NCBI GenBank assembly: GCA_963823555.1
Contig: CAWGMA010000004.1
Location: 576,001 to 640,000 of the forward strand
Reading direction: 5' to 3'
Source: Candidatus Eiseniibacteriota bacterium
GTDB lineage: Bacteria; Eisenbacteria; RBG-16-71-46; CAVPCR01
DNA length: 64,000 bases
Shown here piece by piece: positions 44,597 to 54,895 of the stretch. Every line of letters starts with the position of its first letter. Position 1 is the stretch's first letter. Below the pieces are notes generated by a model. It had not been told where the DNA came from, searched no databases, and worked only from the letters and a program-made list of their open reading frames with translations. The translations under genes were made by a program, and so were the position numbers.

Positions 44597-47278
44597 GTGG
44601 TGCATGCCAACCACCGGCGGATGCGATGGCTGCGTGCCCTTCTCGCTCGAGGGGGTCCGATCGCGGCGCTGCTGGCTCTCGTCACGGCCCCGCTCCTCGC
44701 GGGCACGACCGGGAAGCTCACCGGCCGCGTCTATGACCAAGAGGACCGGCCCATCATCTCGGCCGGCGTGGCCATCGTCGGCACCACCATGGGTGCCCTC
44801 ACCAACAACGATGGCGTCTTCAACGTGATCAACATCGCGCCCGGCACCTATGAGGTCAAGGTCAGCGGCATCAACTACGAGGGGGTGCTCGAGAGCATCG
44901 TCTATCAGAACATCATCATCTCCGCGGACAACTCGACCCGCCTCGATGTCGAGCTTGCCGGGACCGCGATCCCGGTCGAGGAGATCATCGTCGAGGCCAA
45001 GGAGCTGCCGATCGACATCGACGTCACCGACAGCCGCGCGACGCTCCGCAGCGAGCAGATCGAGGCGCTGCCGGTGCAGGAGCTCGAGGACGTGGTGAAC
45101 CTGCAAGCCGGGGTCGTGGACGGGCACTTCCGCGGCGGCCGCATCGGCGAGGTGCAGTACCAGGTGGATGGAGTCAGCGTCAACAACCCCTATGACAACC
45201 GGTCGACGCTGCGGATCGATCGCTCTCTATTGCAGGAAGTGCAGGTCATCAGCGGCACGTTCGACGCCGAGTACGGCCAGGCGATGAGCGGGGTCGTCAA
45301 TGCGGTCTTGAAGGACGGAACGACGGACTGGCGCTGGAACACCGAGGTCTTCGGCGGCGGATACCTCTTCGACGAGGAGGGCCGGCTCACCACCATGCAT
45401 GCCGATGCCAACACGGTGAACCTGCAGGGTTCGGTGAGCGGACCGATCCCACTGCCGAAGACCGTGTTCCTGCTCAATCTCCGGCGCTATTCTTTCGACG
45501 ACTATGTCTACGGCGTGAGACTCTTCCGTCCGACCGACAAGAATGATCTCGAGAACAAGATCTTCTATCCCACCGGCGACCTCGAGGAGGTGCCGCTCCA
45601 GTACTCGCGCGAGTTCTCCGGGCTCGGCAAGATATCGACCACGTTCCGCGACAACATGAAGCTGAGCTACCAGGCCATCTTCAACGATATCGACGGCCGG
45701 CGCGACAACTACGCCTACGTGCTGAACCCGGACGGCCTCACCGAACAGCATACCTTCTCCATCACCCATGGGTTCGACTGGCGGCGCACGCTCGGCGTGG
45801 CCTCGGCGGTCGATGTCAGCCTGCGACAGAACTACTTCAAGTACACGGATCGGGCCTACGAGGACGTCTACGATCCGCGCTATGACGCGGCCGGCCCTCC
45901 GGTGAGCGAGGACATCTTCTTCGACGCCATCGTCCAGGGGGTCGATTCCAACCGCTTCCTGCAGCGGACGAACACCTGGCTCGCCAAGGGCAACTACGCG
46001 AGCCAGGTGCATCCCGAGCACCTGATCAAGCTGGGGGGGGAGCTGCAGATGCCGCGCATCTCCTTCGGCACCGACGGCTACCTGACCTACACCCTGGTGA
46101 ATGGCGAGTACACGCTCGTCCGCCACATCGACGAGCCGCCCGACTATCCCGGAATCAACGAGTACCGCCCCGTGATCGCCTCGGGCTTCCTCCAGGACCA
46201 GATCGAATGGCCCGATCTCACCTTGCGTGCGGGCCTGCGTCTCGATGTCTTCGATGCCCGGACCTACGTGCCGGGAGATCTCGCCAATCCCGCCAACGCC
46301 ATCCAGGGCGCGCCCGCGCCGCCGCCCGTGCCGACCACGACCAAGACCTCGGCCGCCCCGCGGCTCGGGGTGGCCTATCCGATCCACGAGCGCGCCGCCG
46401 TGCATTTCTCCTACGGGCACTTCTACCAGTACCCGCCACTGAGCGACATCTTCAACAATGCCGACTACTCGGTGCTCCGGAGCCTGCAGGCCGGAGGCAT
46501 CGACTATGGAACCCTGGGCAATCCGGATATCAGGCCGGAGAAGACGGTCCAGTACGAGATCGGTTACAAGCAGGCGGTCACCGACGACTTCGGCGTCGAC
46601 ATCACCACCTTCTACAAGGACATCCGCGACCTGCTCGGAGTCGAGTTCGTGACCACCTACAACAACGCCGAGTACGCTCGGCTCACGAACATCGATTTCG
46701 GCAGCGTGGTGGGTATCACGGTCGCCCTCGACCACCGGCGGCTCGGACCCGTCCGCATGACCTTCGATTACACGTGGCAGCAGGCGACCGGGAACTCGAG
46801 CGATCCCCGGGAGACTTCGACCCGGGCCGAGGCGGGGGAGGATCCGCGGCCGCGGCTCGTGCCCTTCAACTGGGATCAGCGACACACCCTCAACCTGACG
46901 GGTTGGTGGGGGAGGCCGCGTGATTACGCGGTGAGCGGAGTGCTCCGCATCGGGAGCGGCCAGCCGTACACGCCGGTCATCGAGAGCGGGTTTGGCGGCG
47001 GGCTCGAGACCAACTCCGGGCGCAAGCCCGCCGGCGTGGTCGTCGACCTGCGCGGGGAGAAGTACCTGCCGGGGGTCATGTCCAACTTCAGTCTCTTCGG
47101 TCGCGTCTTCAACCTGTTCGACACGCGGTACTTCAACGGCGACGTCTTCAGCTCGACCGGGAGCCCTTACTACTCACGGTTCCCGGAGGCGGACCAGAAC
47201 ACCCTCTTCAACCCGACGCGGTACTACGAGCCGCGCCGGATCGAGTTCGGCATTCGCCTCGGATCGGAGGGGATGTAG
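44597..47278 (+). CDS. TonB-dependent receptor with N-terminal carboxypeptidase-regulatory-like domain
   Basis: GTTGKLTGRV, HFRGGR, GTFDAEYGQAMSGVVN, PRLGVAYPI, GNPDIRPEKTVQYE, PRRIEFG; start GTG 44597 or ATG 44621. Confidence 0.88.
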   Translation: MVHANHRRMRWLRALLARGGPIAALLALVTAPLLAGTTGKLTGRVYDQEDRPIISAGVAIVGTTMGALTNNDGVFNVINIAPGTYEVKVSGINYEGVLESIVYQNIIISADNSTRLDVELAGTAIPVEEIIVEAKELPIDIDVTDSRATLRSEQIEALPVQELEDVVNLQAGVVDGHFRGGRIGEVQYQVDGVSVNNPYDNRSTLRIDRSLLQEVQVISGTFDAEYGQAMSGVVNAVLKDGTTDWRWNTEVFGGGYLFDEEGRLTTMHADANTVNLQGSVSGPIPLPKTVFLLNLRRYSFDDYVYGVRLFRPTDKNDLENKIFYPTGDLEEVPLQYSREFSGLGKISTTFRDNMKLSYQAIFNDIDGRRDNYAYVLNPDGLTEQHTFSITHGFDWRRTLGVASAVDVSLRQNYFKYTDRAYEDVYDPRYDAAGPPVSEDIFFDAIVQGVDSNRFLQRTNTWLAKGNYASQVHPEHLIKLGGELQMPRISFGTDGYLTYTLVNGEYTLVRHIDEPPDYPGINEYRPVIASGFLQDQIEWPDLTLRAGLRLDVFDARTYVPGDLANPANAIQGAPAPPPVPTTTKTSAAPRLGVAYPIHERAAVHFSYGHFYQYPPLSDIFNNADYSVLRSLQAGGIDYGTLGNPDIRPEKTVQYEIGYKQAVTDDFGVDITTFYKDIRDLLGVEFVTTYNNAEYARLTNIDFGSVVGITVALDHRRLGPVRMTFDYTWQQATGNSSDPRETSTRAEAGEDPRPRLVPFNWDQRHTLNLTGWWGRPRDYAVSGVLRIGSGQPYTPVIESGFGGGLETNSGRKPAGVVVDLRGEKYLPGVMSNFSLFGRVFNLFDTRYFNGDVFSSTGSPYYSRFPEADQNTLFNPTRYYEPRRIEFGIRLGSEGM

Positions 47279-47280
47279 TG

Positions 47281-50200
47281 ATGAACGTGGCGCAGCGTCC
47301 TGGCGATCGGGGAGACAGGCGATCCGGCGCGCGAGGGAAGGGGTGGTTCGGGATCTTGGCCGCCGCCGCCGGTGCCGTGCTCCTCGCCTATGGAGCCGCC
47401 GGGGATATTCCAACGCCGGTGCCACCGGATCAGCGGGGGCGCAGCGATGCCGAGCGCTCTGGCTTCCACGATGCCAACAACCTGCGCACCGTGTTCTGGA
47501 ACTACGGCATGGTGGGCGATTACCCGGCAGATCCAGGCAATGTCGATCTCTCGCGTCTTCCACTCGGTCGAGGTGCCCAAGGGTAGCGGCATGAACTACT
47601 CGGACGGCATCACGCCGTTCGTGCTCGCGAAGATCATGCAGCGCAACGGCATCGAGTCCTACATCATGGAGACCGGATTCCGGGAGCGGCAGGCGGAGAG
47701 CCCCTTTCCGCCGCTCCGCGTGATGCGCTTCGAGCCGCGCCCGGGATACTTCGAGCCCGATCCGGGCCTCAACCCCGGTCGCTCGCCGGCGCTCTCCAAC
47801 GATCCGCGCACCTGGCCCGACCGCTGGCCGGATCGTCTCGATGACCCTGATGATCCGGGCTGGGCCGGGAGCTGGAACGGCTACTTCGGCAAGAACGTCG
47901 TCGCCGATCAGGAGTCCTACACGGTCATGGACGACGATTTCTACGACGCGTGGGACTTCTGGCCGGACAACCGGGACTCGACCCGCCACGGGCTCGGTCT
48001 CCGGATCGAGGTCCGTGGCTTCCAGTGGGCGAACCCCCAGGCGCGCAACGTCATCTTCTGGCACTACGACATCACCAACGAGGGCACAACCGACTACAAC
48101 GACAACATCATCTTCGGGCTCTACATGGACTCGGGCGTCGGTGGATCGGCGCTGTCCTGCGACAACATCTTCGAATCGGACGACGACAACGCCTTCTTCG
48201 ATCGCAGCTTCAACGAGCAGATCCTGAACCTGGTCTACACCTGGGACAAGTTCGGCCATGGACGCGATCTCTCGGGGCCCTGCGGGCGCACCGGCTACCT
48301 CGGCTACGCCTACCTGGAGACGCCCGGCAATCCGCTCGACGGCATCGACAACGACGAGGACGGGATCACCGACGAGAGGCGCGACGCCGGCCCCGGCCAG
48401 CGCCTGGCGAGCCCGGGCGAGATCGAGGCCTACGTCGCCGCCAACTACAACCAGGCGCGCTTCGAGGTGGCCTACGGGCCGCTCGCCGATCGGCCCGCCT
48501 ATCGCTCCGGCGTGTGGTGGACCGGCGACGAGGACATGGACTGGACCCCCGAGCTGCACGACGTCGGCGCCGACGGGCTGGCGGAGACCGGGGACACCGG
48601 CGAGGGGGACGGCATGCCGACCGCCGGGGAGCCCAACTTCGACCGCACCGACCTGAACGAGTCGGATCAGATCGGCCTCACCGGCTTCAAGCATGAATCG
48701 CATCCGCGCCGGCCAGGGCAATCCCAATCCCGAGGTCGACAACATTCTCTTCTACACCGACCAGAACAACTGGCCCCAGCGGCTCTACGAGAAGTTCACG
48801 AGCCCCGACTCGGCCGCGCGCTTCGATCCCGCCCTCGCCGCGAACTACAACATCGGGTTCCTGTTCGCCTCGGGGCCGTTCACGCTTGCAGGCGGGGAAG
48901 ACCGAGCGCTTCAGCCTGGCCCTGGCCTACGGCGCCGATCTCACCGAGCTCCGGCGCACGGTGCGAGACCGTGCAGCAGATCTACAACGCCAACTACCGC
49001 TTCGCCGTGCCGCCGCAGCTCCCGACCGCGTCCGCCGAGGCCGGCGACGGCTAGGTGCGCCTGTCCTGGGACGATGTGGCCGAGCGCGGCGCCGATCCGG
49101 TGACCGGCGAGTACGACTTCGAGGGCTATCGCATCTATCGCTCGACCGATCCCGAGTTCCGCGATCCGCAGGTGATCACGACCGGCACCGGCTCGGGGCC
49201 GCTCGGCAACGGTCGGCCCGATCGCCCAGTTCGATCTCGTCGACGGCAAGAGCGGGTTCTCGGATCAGACCGTCGAGGGGGTCGCCTACTATCTCGGCGA
49301 CGAGACCGGGATCACCCACACCTGGACCGACACCACGGTCACCAACGGCCAGCTCTACTACTACGCGGTCTCCGCCTACGACTTCGGATCGGAGCTCGAG
49401 CGCTTCGACTTCTACCCGTCGGAGAACGCGATCACGCGTCTCGCGCACGCCGCGCGGCGGGCTCGTCCTGCCGCGGAACGTGGTCGAGGTGCGGCCCGAT
49501 CCGCGGGTCCTGGGATTCGTCCCGGCCGATGCCGATACCGCAGCGCATGTGGCCGGCCGCGGCCGGGGCCAGGTCGGCGATCGAGGTCGTGAACTCGGGG
49601 CTCGTCCCCGACGGTCACCTCTTCGCAGCTCACCTTCGCGACGCCCGCGCCCGACAGCATCCGTGCGACGAGCTATGCGCTTCGCGACTCGACAGCCGGG
49701 GAGACCGCTCTTCACAGAGCGGACGCGATCTCGAGGGCGCAGGGTATCGGGGCCGGTCGGCTCGGGGCTCCTGCCCATCATCGAGCACGCAGAGCACGGT
49801 CCTGGTCGATTCGGCCGCGAACCGGGTTCAGCGGCGGGCAGCCCGACCAACGCCGAGATGCGCATCTTCTACCAGAACGTGCTCTCCGATCAATCGGCGG
49901 CGGCTCGGCTTCCCCGAGACATCACCGTATCGAGTTCCACGACGCGGTGGTGGACACGTCGACTCGCCATCTTCCCGCTCCCCGCCGACGCCGGCCAAGT
50001 TCAAGGTCTTCGCCGCACGGCGGACGGCGGTGATCGCCAGCTCGACTTCCGTTTCCGCGACCGCGACGGCGACGGGACCGCTGAGCCGTGCCGACGAGTT
50101 GATCGACGTCGTGACCTATCTGCCGGGCGATCCGGGCGCCGCAGATCACCTGGCGCGCCGAGCTCGACACCACCGGCACCGGCGGGCGAGGTCCTCACGC

Positions 50201-50636
50201 CGCCGGCCGAGGGCGATGTGTTCGAGATGCAGCTCGACCTGGCCCTACGGCGCGCGAGGACGTGCTCCTGTTCACCACCAGCGGCGAGCGCGTCGATCCG
50301 GATCGGGCGCGGAGCCGAGTTCGCCACGGAGCCCTACGTGGTCCCCAATCCGTACGTGGGCTCCGCGAGCTTCGAGCCGGAGCGCTTCGCCGTCTCGGGG
50401 CGCGGCGAGCGGCGGATCGAGTTCCGGGGCCTGCCGGCGCGGTGCGACGATCCGCATCTACACCGTGCGCGGCGAGCTGGTGCAGACCCTTCGGCACGAC
50501 GGTTCGAACGACGGCTTCGTGGCCTGGGATCTGCGCACCAAGGACAACCTGGACGTGGCGCCCGGACTCTACATCTTCCACGTCGACGGCGGCGACGCTC
50601 GGCACCTACATCGGCAAGTTCGCGATCATCAAGTGA
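47281..50636 (+). CDS. Large (about 1100 aa) secreted/surface protein with DxDxDG Ca-binding motifs, Fn3-like region and CTD-like C-terminus; frameshifted, with one in-frame TAG
   Basis: HDANNLRTVFWNYG, DGIDNDEDGITDE, VRLSWDD...FEGYRIYRS, VVPNPY, IYTVRGELV...WDLRTKDNLDVAPGLY...KFAIIK. Confidence 0.7.
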
Positions 50637-50653
50637 GCGTGGGAGGTGGCGCG

Positions 50654-51692
50654 ATGAAACGAGCTCTTCTGACAGCGGCAGCTGTGAGCTGGCGATCCTG
50701 CTGCGTGCTGGCGGCCGCCCCGGCCGGCGCCCAGACCAAGACGGGAACCACGCTCGGCCAGTTCCTGGGCATCGAGCCCAGCGCGCGCACGCGCGGCCAT
50801 GGGCAACGCCGGCGGTGGCGCTCGACGATGGGATCGAGTCCGTCTACTACAACCCGGCGGCTCTCGGCAGCCTGACCGACTGGGCCTTCGCAGTTCACCC
50901 ACAGCGCCTGGTTCGCCGATATCAACTACGACTACGTCGCCGGATCGCTGCCCTGTCGCGGCTGGGGCACCCTGTTCGCGCAGCGTGACCGCGCTCAACT
51001 CGGGCGAGATCGACGTGCGCACGGTGGCGCAGCCGCTCGGCACCGGCGAGCGCTACACCGTCTCCGAACGTCGCGCTCGGACTCGGTTATGGCCGCCAGA
51101 TCACCGACCGCTTCACCGCGGGCGGTCAGATCAACTACATCAACGAGACGATCTGGCACAGCTCGGCGGACATGTTCACCTTCAACCTCGGTACGGTCTA
51201 CACGCTGGCCCGGTCGCGGTGTCCGGATCGGAGCCAGCATGTCGAACATCGGCACCAGCGCGCGCTACGACGGCCGGGACCTCGCCATCCAGTACGACAA
51301 CGACGCCGGATCGTCTACGGCGACAACAGCGCGCTTCCCGGCCGAGCAGTTCACCGACGAGTTTCCCGGTGCCGATTCTCTTCCGGGTCGGTGTGAGCCT
51401 ACCCGCACCGGGTCAACGAGCGAGAACGAGGTCATGTTCCTGGCCGATGCGCTCCATCCCAACGACAACACCGAGAGCATGAGCCTGGGTGGGAGTGGAC
51501 CTGGCGCCAGACGCCTGGCCTTCCGGGCCGGATACCAGAATCTGTTCCAGGAGGATTCGGAGATCGGGCTGACCCTCGGCGCCGGCGTGCACGGCGGCGT
51601 CGGCGATAACCGCTTTCAGTTCGACTATGCCTGGGCCGACTCACGAGACGACTGGAAGAGACGCATCGGGTGACTTTCGGTATCAATTCTAG
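50654..51692 (+). CDS. PorV/PorQ-like outer membrane barrel; frameshifted
   Basis: KTGTTLGQFLGIEPSAR, MGNA, SVYYNPA, HSAWFADI, HPNDNTE, RAGY; GGAGG RBS. Confidence 0.75.
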
Positions 51693-51721
51693 GTGTCGGG
51701 GCCTGTCGCAGCCTGAGGGGA

Positions 51722-53369
51722 ATGATGAGAAGTACACCAGCGAACAGGACGGCGTCAGGCGGGACGGCCCCTGCGGGGAGGATGGCGTGGTGGGGATCGC
51801 CGCGGCCCTGCTCGCTGGCCACCTCCAGCGCCGTGGTTGCCGAGGGGATCACGCGAGGACGCTGCTCGACACCCTCCAGCACACCGCATTCGACTTCTTC
51901 TGGAACGAGGCCAACCCGGCGAACGGCCTCATCAAGGACCGGAGCACCTCCTGGTCGCCGTGCCAGCATCGCCTCGGTCGGATTCGGTCTCTCCGCCATC
52001 TGCATCGGGATCGATCACGGCTGGGTGACGCGGGAGGACGGGCGGGACCGGGTCCTGACCACGCTCGAGACCCTCTGGAACGGCCCGCAGGGGAGCGGAG
52101 CCACCGGGTTCATCGGCTACAAGGGTCTCTACTACCACTTCCTGGACATGAACATCGGCGACCCGGACCTGGGACTGCGAGCTCTCGACCATCGACACCG
52201 CGCTCCTGTTCGCCGGGATCCTCGATGCCAAGCAGTACTTCTCGAGCCGGATCCGCTCGACGTACAGGTGCGCGCGCTCGCCGATTCGATCTACTACCGT
52301 GCCGACTGGGAGTTCATGCGCAATGGCGGCCCGGCGATCCGCATGGGCTGGAAGCCCGGAACCGGATTCTCCGGATTCGGCAACTGGATCGGCTACAACG
52401 AGGCGATGATCCTCTACATCCTCGCCCTCGGATCGCCCACGTTCCCCGGTGCCGGCGACCACCTGGAACACCTGGACCAGCGGCTACAACTGGTCGACGC
52501 AGTACGGACAGACTACGTGATCTTCCCGCCGCTCTTCGGTCACCAGTACTCGCACTGCTGGATCGACTTCCGGAACATCCAGGACGCCTACATGCGCGGG
52601 CCGGGGCATCACTTACTTCGAGAACTCGCGGCGGGCGACCCTGGCCGCAGCAGGCCTACTGCATCGCCAATCCGTTCGGCTGGACCGGCTACGGCGCGAA
52701 CGTCTGGGGGATCACCGCCTCGCGACGGCCCGCGCGGCTACCCGGCTCGCGGCGCGCCGCCGCCGCAGAACGACGACGGCACGATCACCCCGACGGCGGC
52801 CGGCGGGCTCATCGCCCTTCGCGCCGGAGATCGTGATCCCGACCCTGCAGCACTTCTACGACACCTACCGGCCGCAGCTCTGGTCGACCTACGGGTTCAA
52901 GGATGCGTTCAATCTGACCCAGGTGTACTGGTGGGCACCGACTACATCGGGATCGACGAGGGCCCCATCATCGTCATGATCGAGAACTACCGGACCGGGT
53001 CCGTGTGGAACCGCTTCATGGCAGAACCCAGACGTGCAGCGTGGGCTCGAGCTGGCCGGGTTCACTGCGGTCGCCGGCATCGAGGACCCGAGCCCCGTGC
53101 CGCCCGTGACGCTCGCCCTCGAGCAGAACAGCCCGAACCCGTTCGGAGGTATGACGACCATCCCCTACACCCTGGCCGCTCCGGGCCGCGTATCCCTTGT
53201 TCTCTACGATGTGCAGGGCCGGCCGGTGCGCACCCTGGTCGAGGGCGTGCAGCCGGCCGGGAGCCATGAGGTTCACCTGGGCGCCGACGGGCTTCCCAAT
53301 GGCGTCTACTACTACCGGCTGGAAGCGAACGGTTTTGAATCGGGAAGGAGGTGCGTGGTTATCAGGTAG
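51722..53369 (+). CDS. Second GH144-like (glucoamylase-like) glucanase with T9SS/FlgD-like C-terminal domain; frameshifted
   Basis: FDFFWNEANPANGLIKDR, SIASVGFGL, GYNEAMILY, PLFGHQYSH, YGFKDAFN, GIDEGP; LEQNSPNPF...GVYYYRL. Confidence 0.8.
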
Positions 53370-53441
53370 GTTCACACAACTTGCTCGAGCAGCTCTTTCC
53401 TGAGTTATCTCGCACGCAGGCCGCAAAGGAGGATAGCAGCA

Positions 53442-54236
53442 ATGAACACGCGTTACTGGATGGTGGTCCTGGCCTTGGTGGCATCGGTTGCGATCGTGGC
53501 CGAGGCCTCGGCTACGCCGCCGATCAACAGCGCGGTGATCCGGGAGCGGATCTTCAACGATTGTCCGAGCTCGATACTCACCACCGTCAACAACTACCCG
53601 ACGTCGATCGTGATCGACGACGCCAATCTGGGCTGTGCCGCTGGCTTCGCCAACCTGCACAACTGGCGGTTCTCGACGGATGGCATCGATCCGGCCGTCT
53701 TCAACAATGTCGACGCATTCGAGTTCGGGGCCGACCTCGAGCTGACCGGCACCGGAAAGGGCGAATCCGGTATCCAGATCGCCCCCTGGTGGTCGCAGGA
53801 TGTGGACGGGCGGCTGAATATCAAGACCGAGGAGCTCGCGGGTGAGATCGCCTGCTTCGGCGGCCGCCTGCCGTTCTACTCGTTCACGGCGGCCCACGGC
53901 ATCACCTATACCAAGGGCACGGTGATCCACCTCGAGATGAAGTACCTGCCCAACGACCTCACCATGGCCAATCCGGGCACCATCGAGTACACGGTGGGGT
54001 ACGGCGGCATGACCTACTCGAGCGGGGTCCTGCCCTTCGATGAGGGCAACCCGGCTGAGCCCTACGGGACCTGGGGGATCCTGGACGATGCGCGCGTCGG
54101 CGCCCATGTCCAGCCCTTCATGACCCCGAACGAGCAGACCAACCTCCGCGCGGAGTGGTCCAACATCTTCTTCCGCGATCTGGCGGTTCCGGTCGAGCCC
54201 GCGACCTGGGGCGGCATCAAGTCCATCTATCGCTAA
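53442..54236 (+). CDS. Secreted hypothetical protein ending in a VEPATWGGIKSIYR tail
   Basis: GGAGG RBS, signal peptide, beta-rich body, distinctive C-terminal motif. Confidence 0.8.
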   Translation: MNTRYWMVVLALVASVAIVAEASATPPINSAVIRERIFNDCPSSILTTVNNYPTSIVIDDANLGCAAGFANLHNWRFSTDGIDPAVFNNVDAFEFGADLELTGTGKGESGIQIAPWWSQDVDGRLNIKTEELAGEIACFGGRLPFYSFTAAHGITYTKGTVIHLEMKYLPNDLTMANPGTIEYTVGYGGMTYSSGVLPFDEGNPAEPYGTWGILDDARVGAHVQPFMTPNEQTNLRAEWSNIFFRDLAVPVEPATWGGIKSIYR

Positions 54237-54281
54237 CGAACAGCAGGCCGGCGGAGCCGGCCGGGGCCATGAGAAGCGAGT

Positions 54282-54313
54282 GAGCGGCAGCCTCGCCGGC
54301 GGGGCTGCCGCTC
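54282..54313. terminator. Strong hairpin between convergent genes
   Basis: GAGCGGCAGCCTCG-CCGG-CGGGGCTGCCGCTC. Confidence 0.6.
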
Positions 54314-54343
54314 CTGATTGAGCTGGGCAAGCGGGATCGCGCG

Positions 54344-54751
54344 CTATGCGTGACGCGAGCGGTGCGCGGACGGTGATCGACGGGGCCGGATCCCGCAATT
54401 CTGGTAGTAGAACTTGACCGGCGGGTAGCGGAGGAGCTCCCCGAGCGGCGGCTCCTGGGCCATGGCGGCGCCGAGCAGGCGCAGCCAGAAATCGACCCCG
54501 CGAGCCGGTGAGTCGGCGTCCCTGGCGATCAGGATGCTCTCTACCCCGGTGAGATCGCAGTCGATATCAGGCGATGCGGTACCGTCCGCGATCCTCTCCT
54601 CTGCTTCCCTCAGCATCTGTGCAGCGGTCGTGACATCCACGTTCCGCTTGTTCAGTTCCTCCTGCCAGGCGGCCAGGATGGCCCAGCGGAGACTTGCCTT
54701 TTCGACCCCGGTGATCTCCACGCGAGTGGCGTGGTCTCCCAGTGTGGTCAT
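54344..54751 (-). CDS. Hypothetical protein (135 aa)
   Basis: G-rich RBS before ATG 54751; plausible protein-like composition; fills the gap between genes. Confidence 0.55.
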   Translation of the reverse strand: MTTLGDHATRVEITGVEKASLRWAILAAWQEELNKRNVDVTTAAQMLREAEERIADGTASPDIDCDLTGVESILIARDADSPARGVDFWLRLLGAAMAQEPPLGELLRYPPVKFYYQNCGIRPRRSPSAHRSRHA

Positions 54752-54895
54752 GGCTATCACCCCCCTGATGAAGTCTACCAGCTCCGATGTCGATTGCCAG
54801 CAGCGGACCCGCAATGCGCAGGGCCCGCGCTTGACGTCCGCGGCCAAAGGGAGGATCGTTATGGGACCGATCCCCCTTCCGGCGAAGGAGTTGCC

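Noticed and set aside
49052..49054. In-frame TAG in the giant protein (AEAGDG*VRLSWDD) as pyrrolysine or amber readthrough
   Set aside because: It lies in an error-dense block, is one substitution from TAC/CAG/AAG, is not at a recognisable catalytic site, and no pyl genes are in the window.
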